Below are positions 53,701 to 64,000 of a stretch of DNA of 64,000 nt, one piece after another. The number at the start of each line of letters is the position of its first letter. The first letter of the stretch is position 1. The notes under the pieces were generated by a model. The model saw only the letters and a program-made list of their open reading frames with translations. It was not told the origin of the DNA and ran no database searches. Origin of the DNA: Eledone cirrhosa (taxonomy: Eukaryota); contig OZ024741.1 of the NCBI GenBank assembly GCA_964016885.1, positions 348,874,001-348,938,000 of the forward strand. Reading direction: 5' to 3'. Both the position numbers and the translations under genes were made by a program.

Positions 53701-53799
53701 TTTAAACACTCTTATCGAGGATTGGCGAATGTATGGTTACATATCCATCTGTGGATCCGCCATTCCACTTGGCCCTTGTGTGGCATTATCACCACGCTG

Positions 53800-54739
53800 T
53801 ATACGAACACACATAAACAAACAAACACACGGGCAGAAAGGGCCCCAAAAATGAATAAGCATAAGTTTCATGGTAATGTAGTGTTCGAATGTCTGACTTA
53901 GTTTTTGTTTTTTAAGTTTTAGTTTTTCCCCCCTCTTCTCTGTCCGTCCGCCTGCTTCTCTCTTCATTCTTATTTTCTTTACGTTTTGTGGGTTTCTTTT
54001 TTTGTTTTTGTTTTTCTCTGTTTGTTTTTCTCGTTTTTGCTGTTGTTGCTGTGCTGCTTTGGTTTTGTTGTTTGTTTTTTCTTTTTTCTTTTGAGTCTAT
54101 CTATATATTTTGATGCCTTCCTCTTTGTTAGTAGTAGGAATTCTATAATGTGGAAGTAGCAGCCAGCAGGGAGAAGTGGGAGACTGGCGGCGGTAGCGAT
54201 ACTGAGACAGTGGTGGTGGTGATGTCGATACCGAGGCAGTGGTGGCGGTGATGTGACCGTATTACTGTAGTGATGGTGCTGTAGCGGTGGCAGCAGTGAA
54301 GGAGTGAAGGGGTGGTGGCGGCGGTGATGGGATAATGGTGGTAATGATGGCCGTAGTGAGCGGTTGAAAATGCCGTTATCTGGCTGTTGTGTTTAGTGTA
54401 CACAGATGATGGGGTGAGTGGTGTATCTAGTTTCTGGTGTTGGTGAGTTTGGCTGTCCTATATAGTGTAGACAGAGGAGAGGAGGGGGGGGGGGTTCTTC
54501 TTCCATTTATAGCCATTTTCTTTTTTGGATATACAGTGTACAATACAAAGTTGAATATTTGAATATTTGAGCCTTATAACAATATATTTTGGGTCTGAAT
54601 TTTTTGGGGGCTCAAGCCGGGTGCGTTACGTAGCATTTGTACTAAGAGTTGTTATTTCATAAATGATTTAAATATGTTAAAAATTCAAAACTTACGGGAG
54701 CGATTTCATGACCTCCGTCACCTCGTGCGTCTTCTTCCC

Positions 54740-54740
<1 letters not shown>
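53800..54740 (-). mobile_element. 5' end of a Tx1-like LINE (5' UTR + decayed Thr/Pro-rich ORF1 start) fused upstream of the R4 element
   Basis: Shares GCTCC(C)G.AA.G.TTTG, CATTTATG(G)AAA, CCCAAAAT and AAAATGGCTA (ATG 54516) at similar spacing with 16279-16493. Confidence 0.5.
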
Positions 54741-54809
<69 letters not shown>

Positions 54810-55438
54810 GCTTGTTTATTTTTCGTCTTTGAGATAAATATATATTGTATCGGAAAACTTATGTAAACTTGCTGTAATATAATATTTGGAGTTAACATTC
54901 CTACAGATTAAGTCTTGTTCAAGATAGAGAAAGAATATCAACATTTGTGAATTCGTAAACTCTACTCATCTTTCGTCATATTATAATTCAGATAAGATGT
55001 TGAAACTTTTATTTGTCATCTGCTTTTATGAATGTAATGTCACAATTCTTATAGACCTATTTTAACAAATATCCTTAATATTTTAAAATGATCAGCAGCC
55101 ATCTTCTTGTCAATTCCTATTAAAACTATCACACTAAATAACTGTGTCGACAACCCCTGGATTCCATTGTCATAATTCCCTTGTCATTCAATAGTATTAC
55201 TACGATCTTACCTGCATCAATGAATTAAATTTCACATCAATTTATTGTCCGATTATACCATAGTGTAGGTAATATTCCTTTTGTTTCAGTTATCATTTTC
55301 CGTAAATAGGCTATCACTTCTTTCTAGCCATATATGTTAGCAAAGACACTTTTTAACTCCAAAATTATTAAACCAGCAACGATATATATGTTTACTTATA
55401 TATCAATTATGTATAAATTGTATATAGACATACATATA

Positions 55439-55523
<85 letters not shown>

Positions 55524-55526
<3 letters not shown>

Positions 55527-56070
55527 TTAAACATGTCTATAGAATCACCAGATAAAATATATATCATTTCCTCTCCCAATTAGCATAAATAACCATATAA
55601 AAAATCAATTAGATCAAGCTATAAGAATAAAGGATCCCATGAGGAAATCTCCGACAAATAACCGAAAGCAGCCCCTTCGCGGCGGTTACCACGGAGTATT
55701 TATTGAATATTTCGACAGCATGTATAAATCGACCAGATATACAGTCAACTAAACAGAATTAAGTTGACTGTATATCTGGTCGATTTATACAAGCTGTCGA
55801 AATATTCGATAAATACTCCGTGGTAACCGCCGCGAAGGGGCTGCTTTCGGTTATTTGTCGGAGATTTCTTCATAGGAGCCTTTATTCTTATAGCTTGATC
55901 TAATTGATTTTTTTATATGGTTATTTATGCTAATTGGGAGAGGAAACGGTATATATTTTATCTGGTGATTTTATAGACATGTTTTATGATATATAGCTCT
56001 GATTATTTAATTTGTTAATTCTTCATTGGGCCACAGAGTGACCAGTTGCAAAACACATATATATCTATGA
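55524..56070 (+). mobile_element. Fold-back derivative of the 691-nt unit family (arms ~55524-55750 / 55762-55990 plus tail)
   Basis: Inverted arms; shares CATGTCTATAGAAT, AAATCTCCGACAAATAAC and the tail TTAATTCTTCATTG..GTTGCAA with 45040-45730. Confidence 0.85.
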
Positions 56071-56085
56071 CTTTATATATATATA

Positions 56086-56209
<124 letters not shown>

Positions 56210-57110
56210 GTGCACATCTGTGTATGTGTACATTTGTGTGCGAGTGTATATGCGTGCGTTACAAATGTATAGCTAATTGTATTATTTGCTGCATGGTGTA
56301 TCCGTTGATTATTAAAATTTGATGTTAACAATTACTTATAAAATTTAGAAGAATAAAACTAATAATTGTTTCTACGTTAATAATGAAATGAAAAGTATGA
56401 TGATAATAGTACTGCTAATGCCCAAAATTCTGACGGGGCAGGGGATTTCGAAGTTGGAAATGATGTGGATTTCTCTGATGATGATGAAAAGAAGGGGCTG
56501 GTGGTGATGAAAGATAATAATTGTTTCTACTTTCCGCACAAGGCCAGCAATTATCCCAGTGCATTACTGGTGCTATATTTTGAAGATTGCTGATGATAAC
56601 GGTAAGTGATGATTGTAATGGTGATGATCGTATAATGAATAAGAAGAGGGGAGGAAAAGGTGAAGGCGGAGAAGCAGGCGAAAATAGTGTTCATGTTGGT
56701 GTTGGTGACGATGTTGTTTATTACGATGATGAGATTGGTGCCGTTGATGATTGTCATGATGAGCTTGACAATACAGGTGGCGGTGAGGAAAATGGTTGTT
56801 TCTGTAGTGGTGTTTTCGTGGATGTACTGGCAATTGTTGTTGTTTTTTAGAGTAAGTGTGACTAGATGGTGTCGTCGTAATACTAATGCTAACGAGTTTG
56901 AGTATCTTAAATGAATTTTAGGTAATATAGATAAAAAATATTATAGTAATAAATTTGATAGCCTAACGACAAAACAGACAAAGGCCTTCATAATTTATAA
57001 TACGTCCCCCACTCTCTCTCTCGTTATTTCTCTCGTTCTCTCTCTCTCTTTCTCGTTCTCTCTCTCTCTCTATCTATCTATCTATATATATGTATATATA
57101 TATATATATA

Positions 57111-57222
57111 GGAACAAGTAAGACCCCGACGGCTGAGCTCAAGCTGTTTCGACGGCTAATTCTGGACTGAATGAAAATTTATTCTGGTATTTAAATAGCC
57201 GAGCTTATCAAGGGGTTATTCC
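57111..57222 (-). ncRNA. pLTR hammerhead (U3-A8 variant), copy 1
   Basis: Reverse complement of 62499-62610 with one stem III mismatch. Confidence 0.65.
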
Positions 57223-58409
57223 ATATATGGTCTAAGAGATAATCACCAGGATTGGTCACATCACAAGTTAGTAGTAAATCTGTGATGGCAAATTGGTGGG
57301 GGAGGGGTAGCTAAACCTGCCGGTAGGAGAAAAAGGGGAGAGGGGGTGGAGTAGACCTATTCATGCGTTGGTAGTGCCGGCTACAGCTAGGCGTAAGGTC
57401 AAAGAGGATACTGGGGACAGGGGAGGGGGAAGAAGTCGAAACGGTAAGTAGAACAATGTAGGGTAAAACTATAAAAGGTACTGAGAGAGAGAAAAATAAG
57501 CAAAGTCTGGTTACTAAGACTTAAGTCTCTCGCTATTGCTAGGCTAAAGAAATACATGAATAAATAAATAAACAAATAAGTGAATAAAAGAATAGATAAA
57601 TAAATTTAAAAAATATATATATAATGAAGAATAAAAAAATAAATAATAATAATAAAAATAAACTAGGTGGGACGGAAATAAAGGGACCCTTATACGAGGT
57701 ATAAGTGGGTGTATCGTACGGTGACGGGTCAACAAAGGGGGGGGCCAAAATACTAAAGAGACTACCACGAAATAATAAAGGTTTCTACCCCAATCACAGG
57801 GCCAGCAACCACCCAGTGCAAGAAAGTAAACTAGTACGAGAATATAATTCAGGGTCCCGTAAAAAAATACTAGTGCTAACTCTAAGGGTACCGCCACGAA
57901 ACAAAAAGTTTTATACAAGCTACATGAAAGATCGTACGAAGTAAAAGTAAAGAACGGAAAATTAATACAGAACCCCCCCCCCCCATAAAAAAGGGAAAAA
58001 GAAGAAAGAAATACTGGATAAACGAGAAATTAAAGCAAAGATGCCACTAAGAAATATAGAAGGCACGGAAAAAAGGGACAGCGGTCGGAGAAGGGGGCAA
58101 TATCCGAAGTCTAACACCTCTGCTATAAAAAGCGGAGTCAGCCAAATCTATCATAGAATAGGGGAGGGGTGATGAAGCTACAAGGGACCGAGGGGCTACC
58201 GAGGGTGGGCGAGAAAAAGACGACGACAAAGAAAAGGAACTGGGGTAGAAGGACTAGGGAAGGGTGGGGGGAAGGAGGAAATATAGAGGAAGCGATAAAA
58301 GAATGTAAAAGAAGATCTTACGTTTCCATTGGCAAGCAGGAGTTACCCATTACAAAATAGGCAAGTGGGGTGTTATAGCCGTAGTCATTATGGGGTTTGA
58401 GAGCAGTTA

Positions 58410-60490
58410 AGTCCTACGTAATCGGTGTTTACATGCAGTAACCAGTTCATCTTTCTTGTTTAGGAGTTGGTCCGTCGAAAACAGCATTTGCAAAGTTTCC
58501 TCCGAGCATAAATTGCACGGACGGCGTCCTCCCGTGTAAGAGTTGGCTCTGGACAGTAATTTCCAAGTGAGATCATAGTTGTTGTTGTTGTCCTTGAGGT
58601 CCCATATGTGGCCCGAAAGTGTAGTGGCGTGACGCCGGGCCGGGTTCGGAAGGTATGTCTGTGTTGGTATAGCCGGGTCTTGAAGTCACATGCGGTTAAT
58701 CCTATATAAGCTTTGTTGGAGGTGTCTCTGCATCTGTTGTCGAGGGGGCGACTGGATCTATCAGGACAGTTGCACCTCCTGGTCGGCTCTCCACTGCTAT
58801 TTAGGTTGTTTCTTCCATCGGGGTTGAGTTTTTTGTTGTTGGAGGAGACGATGTTTTGTGCGAAGTTAGGTGTAGTGCTGTAAGAGAGTTTGATGGTATT
58901 TTTGTTAATTATGTTGTGGTAGCGGTGTTGTGGTAGGAAGTGTTTTTCAATGAGCCTAAAGAAAATTTTCCCGATGGGAGTTGTCACCTCGGCGTTGTGG
59001 GGAGGATTGAACCATGTAACATTGCGTGAGCGGCGGTGTCGCCTGCTGGTTTCGCTAATGGGAGCTGGACAGTAGGATATTTCCTCCCGGAAACCACTCC
59101 GCTTGATGGCCTGGTTGTACTAAGGCGCATGTTCATCGAATAAATTCTCATTAGCTGACAAACGGGATATGCGGAGGGAGATGTTTTTGACCAGGTTGTT
59201 GGTGATGTTCCTAGGATGGTTAGATCGGCGGTGGATGTAGTGCAGGTTGTCATTGGGTTTCCTGTATGGGTAGTACAGGTCATTATTGAGATCGAGGGTA
59301 ACGTCCAGGAAATTAACTCGGGTCAGGGACGTTTGTAGGTTTATTTTAAATCCACAGTCGCGGAAGAAGCTGATTAATTGTTTACGGACCCGATCTGTAC
59401 TACTGGGGTTGTACCCTTTAAGGGTAAGGAGCCCATCATCACGGTACAATCCACTACCGAAAGCAGGAAACATATCGGTGAGTTTGGCTATAAGGAATAA
59501 TCCTATAAGATCTGTGACCTCCGCCGAATCCGTAGCGCCCATGCTGACGTCGAAGGGTGAGTCGGGAGCTCTTTTTATCCATTTGGAGTTGTCAAAGAGT
59601 AAGACTGTCTTCCTGGCGTGGAGGATGATTTTTCTTTCCTGGTCGGTGATGGGCACAAGTGCTTCGGCGAAGTCCAAGGCGGCGGTAAGTAGCGGTAAGG
59701 TGATTGAAGCATAGTAGCTCTCTGTGTCGAACTGGATAAATTTAGTGTCTCCTTTATCCTCCATATTGCTGAACCATGAGATAACTTTCTGGGTGTTGAT
59801 ATATAGGCTAAGTCGGGCGTGTTGCTTGACTTTTGGTTTCACGCGGTCTAGGATTTTTTTGCTGATTCTCCCTATGTCGGACTTCGTTGGGTTTATAAGC
59901 CTGATAGATGGTTTACGGTCGAAATCGGATTTGTGGTCCTTCAGTGTGAAGTAGGGTGTCCGTGGGTCTAGGGGTTCGGTGCGGTCGGAGATCCCGAGGC
60001 TGGAGGTAATTTGTTGTCCATCTCGATTAACGTCCTCGATGCATGAGTGGTTAGCCTTTTTATAGGTGGAGTTTAGGTTGCTCCTGATCAGTGTGTGGTA
60101 TCTGTCGGGGTTGACAAAGTATAGGTTCCCAGTTTTATCTGAATGCACCATGATGTCATTGGTGTTATCATACTCTGTTAAGTTGCTACGGAGTTTTTGT
60201 AGGAATCGGTTGTGTCTGGGTTTGAATTTAAGGTTCTTGACCAGTTGGAAGAGGTCATTCTCGAAGGGTGAGAGCAAAGGGTTCGGGGGGGGGTGAGATT
60301 TGTAGCTAATAAATCCGAATCTCTCCTTGGTACCGAAGTCCTGATTGTCGCAAAATCTGTCGTAGAAAAAAGTTCTCCATCTAAGTCTTTTCGCAAATAG
60401 ATCGATTTTTTGCGTGAGCATCCGAAGGTAAAGTTTTTTTGATGGGATTGGGATGTTCTTGGTAGAAAAGTCGATGTTGTGTTTTCACAT
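58410..60490 (-). pseudogene. PLE RT + GIY-YIG ORF (Naiad-type), disrupted
   Basis: ATG-TGA at 60490-60485, FSTKNIPIPS, KRLRWR, DKTGN, TLKDHK, RLINP, FDVSMGATDSAEV, GLYRDDGL, NFLDVTL, SNHP; in-frame TAG 59120-22; RNVTWFNPP, CNC..PL..C, AYIGLT..FKTRLYQH; later frameshift. Confidence 0.92.
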
Positions 60491-60663
60491 GGTGCGAGCG
60501 AAAGAAATTGAGCTTAGCGGAAAAGACTCAATACGGCGTGGTAGGGTCGGAAAGTGCTCTAATACGGGGATAGGAGCTAGATAACGAAGGAAATGTGGTG
60601 AGCAACCAGGTGGACCATAACGCACCAAAGTAGTCAATACTTAGGGTAGTAGAGTGGGTAATA

Positions 60664-60775
60664 GGAACAAGTAAGACCCCGACGGCTGAGCTCAAGCCGT
60701 TTCGACGGCTAATTCTGGACTGAATGAACATTTATTCTGGTATTTAAATAGCCGAGCTTATCAAGGGGTAATTCC
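60664..60775 (-). ncRNA. pLTR hammerhead (U3-A8 variant), copy 2
   Basis: ACCCC-TTGATAA-G..CGGCTA..TAGCCG.C-GAAA-CGGCT-TGAGCTC-AGCCG-TC/GGGGT. Confidence 0.75.
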
Positions 60776-62498
60776 ATATATGGTCAAAGAGATAATCACC
60801 AGGATTGGTCACATCACAAGTTAGTAGTAAATCTGTGATGGCAAATTGGTGGGGGAAGGGTTAGCTAAACCTGCCGGTAGGAGAAAAAGGGGAGAGGGGG
60901 TGGAGTAGACCCATTCATGCGTTGGTAGTGCCGGCTACAGCTGGGCGTGAGGTCAAAGAGGATACTGTGGAGGGGGAGGGGCAAGAAGTCGAAACGGTAA
61001 GTAGAACAATGTAGGGTAAAACTATAAAAGATACTGAGAGAGAAAAAAAATAAGCAAAGTTTGGTTACTAAGACTTAAGTCTCTCGCTATTGCTAGGCTA
61101 AAGAAATACATAAATAAATAAATAAACAAATAAGTGAATAAAAGAATAGATACATAAATTTAAAAAAATATATATAATGAAGAATAAAAAAATAAATAAT
61201 AATAATAAAAATAAACTAGGTGGGACGGAAATAAATGGACCCTTATATGAGGTATAAGTGCGTGTATCGTACGGTGACGGGTCAACAGAGGGGGGGGGGG
61301 CAAAATACTAAAGAGACTACCACGAAATAATAAAGGTTTCTATCCCAATCACAGGGCCAGCAACCACCCAGTGCAAGAAAATAAACTAGTACGAGAATAT
61401 AATTCAGGGTCCAGCAAAAAAATACTAGTGCTAACTCTAAGGTTACCGCCACGAAACAAAAAGTCTTATACAAGCTACATGAAAGATCGTACGTCGTCTT
61501 TTTCTCGCCCACCCGAGGTAGCCCCTCGGTCCCTTGTAGCTTCAGCACCCCCACCCTCTCCCCTATTCTATGATAGATTTGGCTCACTCCGCTTTTTATA
61601 GCAGAGGTGTTAGACTTGGGATATTGCCCCTTCTCCGACCGCTGTGCCTTTTTTCCGTGCCTTCTATATTTCTTAGTGGCATCTTTGCTTTAATTTCTCG
61701 TTTATCCAGTATTTCTTTCTTCTTTTTCCCTTTTTTTGAGGGGGGGGGGTGTTTCTGTATTAATTTTCCGTTCTTTACTTTTACTTCGTACGATCTTTCA
61801 TGTAGCTTGTGTAAGACTTTTTGTTTCGTGGCGGTACCCTTAGAGTTAGCACTAGTATTTTTTTGCGGGACCCTGAATTATATTCTCGTACTAGTTTACT
61901 TTCTTGCACTGGGTGGTTGCTGGCCCTGTGATTGGGGTAGAAACCTTTATTATTTCATGGTAGTCTCTTTAGTATTTTGGCCTCCCCTTTGTTGACCCGT
62001 CACCGTACGATACAAGTACTTATACCTCGTATAAGGGTCCCTGTATTTCCGTCCCACCTAGTTTATTTTTATTATTATTATTTATTTTTTTATTCTTCAT
62101 TATATATTTTTTTTTATTTATTTATCTATTCTTTTATTCACTTATTTGTTTATTTATTTATTCATGTATTTCTTTAGCCTAGCAATAGCGAGAGACTTAA
62201 GTCTTAGTAACCAGACTTTGCTTATTTTTTTCTCTCTCAGTACCTTTTATAGTTTTACCCTACATTGTTCTACTTACCGTTTCGACCTCTTCCCCCTCCC
62301 CCTCCCCAGTATCCTCTTTGACCTCACGCCCAGCTGTAGCCGGCACTACCAACGCATGAATGGGTCTACTCCACCCCCTCTCCACTTTTTCTCCTACCGG
62401 CAGGTTTAGCTACCCTTTCCCACACCAATTTGCCATCACAGATTTACTACTAACTTGTGATGTGACCAATCCTGGTGAGTATCTCTTTGACCATATAT

Positions 62499-62610
62499 GG
62501 AATAACCCCTTGATAAGCTCGGCTATTTAAATACCAGAATAAATTTTCATTAAGTCCAGAATTAGCCGTCGAAACGGCTTGAGCTCAGCCGTCGGGGTCT
62601 TACTTGTTCC
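62499..62610 (+). ncRNA. pLTR hammerhead (U3-A8 variant), copy 3
   Basis: GGAATA-ACCCC-TTGATAA(62510-16)..GAAA(62571-74)-CGGCT-TGAGCTC-AGCCG-TC(62593)/GGGGT-CTTACT-TGTTCC. Confidence 0.75.
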
Positions 62611-62689
62611 TATTACCCACTCTACTACCCTAAGTATTGAGTACTTTGGTGCGTTGTGGTCCACCTGGTTCTTCACCACATTTCCTTCG

Positions 62690-62743
<54 letters not shown>

Positions 62744-62787
62744 AAGTTAAATAAAAGTCAAATGATTAAAATTTAGCTTCGTTTATT

Positions 62788-62842
62788 ACTGCTATATATA
62801 TTTCAGTGACAGCCATCTTTGGCTGTGACCTCTTCAGGCAGT
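62788..62842 (-). ncRNA. Minimal type I hammerhead ribozyme
   Basis: ACTGC-CTGAAGA-GGTCACAGCC-AAAGAT-GGCTGTCACT-GAAA-TATATA-TA/GCAGT; perfect stem I, 9/10-bp stem II; in a ~255-nt island between (TA)n tracts. Confidence 0.88.
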
Positions 62843-62988
62843 TTGAATTAGTATGGTATAGACAAGTACATATGTTGTTTAGGTGTATGATATTGTCAAT
62901 ACTCTGATATGCCCAGTTCCTTGCTGGGTTGTTAATTCACTGGGGAACTGGAGTCATATGTTGGTATACAACCAACATAAACTCAAAA

Positions 62989-63020
<32 letters not shown>

Positions 63021-63023
<3 letters not shown>

Positions 63024-63635
63024 TAAAACATGTCTATAGAATCACCAGATAAAATATATACCATTTCCTCTCCCAATTAGTATAATTAACCATATAAAAA
63101 ATCGAATACACCAGGCTATAAGAATAAGGCTTCTATGAAGAAATCTCCAACAAATAACCGAAACTAGCCCTTCGCGTCGGCTGCGACGGAATATTTATCG
63201 AATATTTCGACAGCGTAATCGCCCAGATATACAGTCAATTAAACAGAATTAGGTGTAAAATAAACTAGGAGAAAAGAGAATACATTTATTTAATATAGAT
63301 GTATTCTCTTTTCTCCTAGTTTATTTTACACCTATCTATTTAATTGACTGTATATCTGGGCGATTACGCTGTCGAAATATTCGATAAATATTCCGTCGCA
63401 GCCGACGCGAAGGGCTAGTTTCGGTTATTTGTTGGAGATTTCTTCATAGAAGCCTTATACTTATAGCCTGGTCTATTCGATTTTTTATATGGTTGATCAT
63501 GCTAATTGGAAGAGGAAATGGTATATATTTTATCTGGTGATTCTATAGACATGTTTTATGATATATAGCTCTGATTATTTAATTTATTAACTTTTCATTG
63601 AGCCACAAAGTGACCCGTTGCAAAACACGCATATG
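63021..63635 (+). mobile_element. Fold-back derivative of the 691-nt unit family (centre ~63290, plus tail)
   Basis: Inverted arms 63021-63285 / 63299-63562; closely related to 55524-56070. Confidence 0.85.
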
Positions 63636-63723
63636 TATATATGTATATATATATATATTTATATATATATGTAGACCTTTATATGTATATATATATATAT
63701 GTATGTATATAATTGTGACAGAC

Positions 63724-63771
63724 GCAGATACTTAAGTTTCGTTGGGTTTAATACCAACTTATTCAGTCTGC
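63724..63771 (-). ncRNA. Minimal hammerhead-like motif with an 8-nt core strand
   Basis: GCAGA-CTGAATAA-GTTGG..CCAAC-GAAA-CTTAAG-TA/TCTGC; perfect stems I and II; adjacent inverted fragment reads CTGAATGAGTTGG. Confidence 0.65.
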
Positions 63772-64000
63772 CATATGGTACACTGAATGAGTTGGTGTTA
63801 AATATATATACTAAGTATGTTGAAAACGTGTTCGGCTTTATTTCTCAGCGTGGTATATAATGACCTTCGAGCGATGAATATGTGCAGTGTGGAGCTGCAT
63901 ACATTCATATACATGTATAGTTTTGGCGAGCCTACGGGTTGAGTCGTTTTCAGTAAGAAGAGGTGATGTGCTTCTTACTTGACGCAATTTCATTTCGCCT

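Larger units (their letters stand above)
57111..62692 (-). mobile_element. Naiad-type Penelope-like element: 3' pLTR (57111-~58230), ORF, upstream direct pLTR (60582-61493), inverted pLTR (61492-62692); in (TA)n
   Basis: Three similar pLTR copies; ORF between the direct copies; classic PLE partial-tandem plus inverted layout. Confidence 0.92.

Noticed and set aside
53735-53830. HDV-like ribozyme upstream of the R4 ORF
   Set aside because: P2, P3 and P4 can be drawn, but P1 and P1.1 cannot
56390-56900. Asp/Gly-rich ORF 56587-56850
   Set aside because: Decayed (GAT/GGT)n low-complexity tract with a SINE tail fragment; no domain features
60485-60487. In-frame TGA as selenocysteine (known in some Naiad elements)
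   Set aside because: It is codon 2, not a conserved Cys position; the CxC cysteines use normal codons; no SECIS recognised; CGA-to-TGA decay is more likely

Overview
Repeat-rich, AT-rich eukaryotic DNA. The SINE families, microsatellite load and gene content suggest an octopus or other coleoid cephalopod (inference). The only host gene is an intronless aminergic GPCR (alpha2-adrenergic-like octopamine receptor type, 40010-42064 +). The rest is mobile DNA: a near-intact L1/Tx1 LINE in a (TTA)n tract, R4/Dong-type RT-REL retrotransposons in (TAA)n and (TACA)n tracts, three Penelope-like elements (PLEs; two Naiad-type), tRNA-derived SINEs, RTE-like non-coding repeats and a mariner-type MITE. The main signal the ORF track misses is about 14 type I hammerhead ribozyme (HHR) motifs, folded by eye. 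They sit in non-coding elements inserted in (TA)n tracts as fold-back palindromes or head-to-tail tandems (691-nt and 568-nt units). They show covarying 6-nt palindromic stem IIIs, a recurrent C-C mismatch in stem II, and core variants (U3-A8, U4C, a 1-nt insertion). Together they suggest a diverse cephalopod retrozyme/circular-RNA system mobilised by PLE RT. Activity and novelty need testing.
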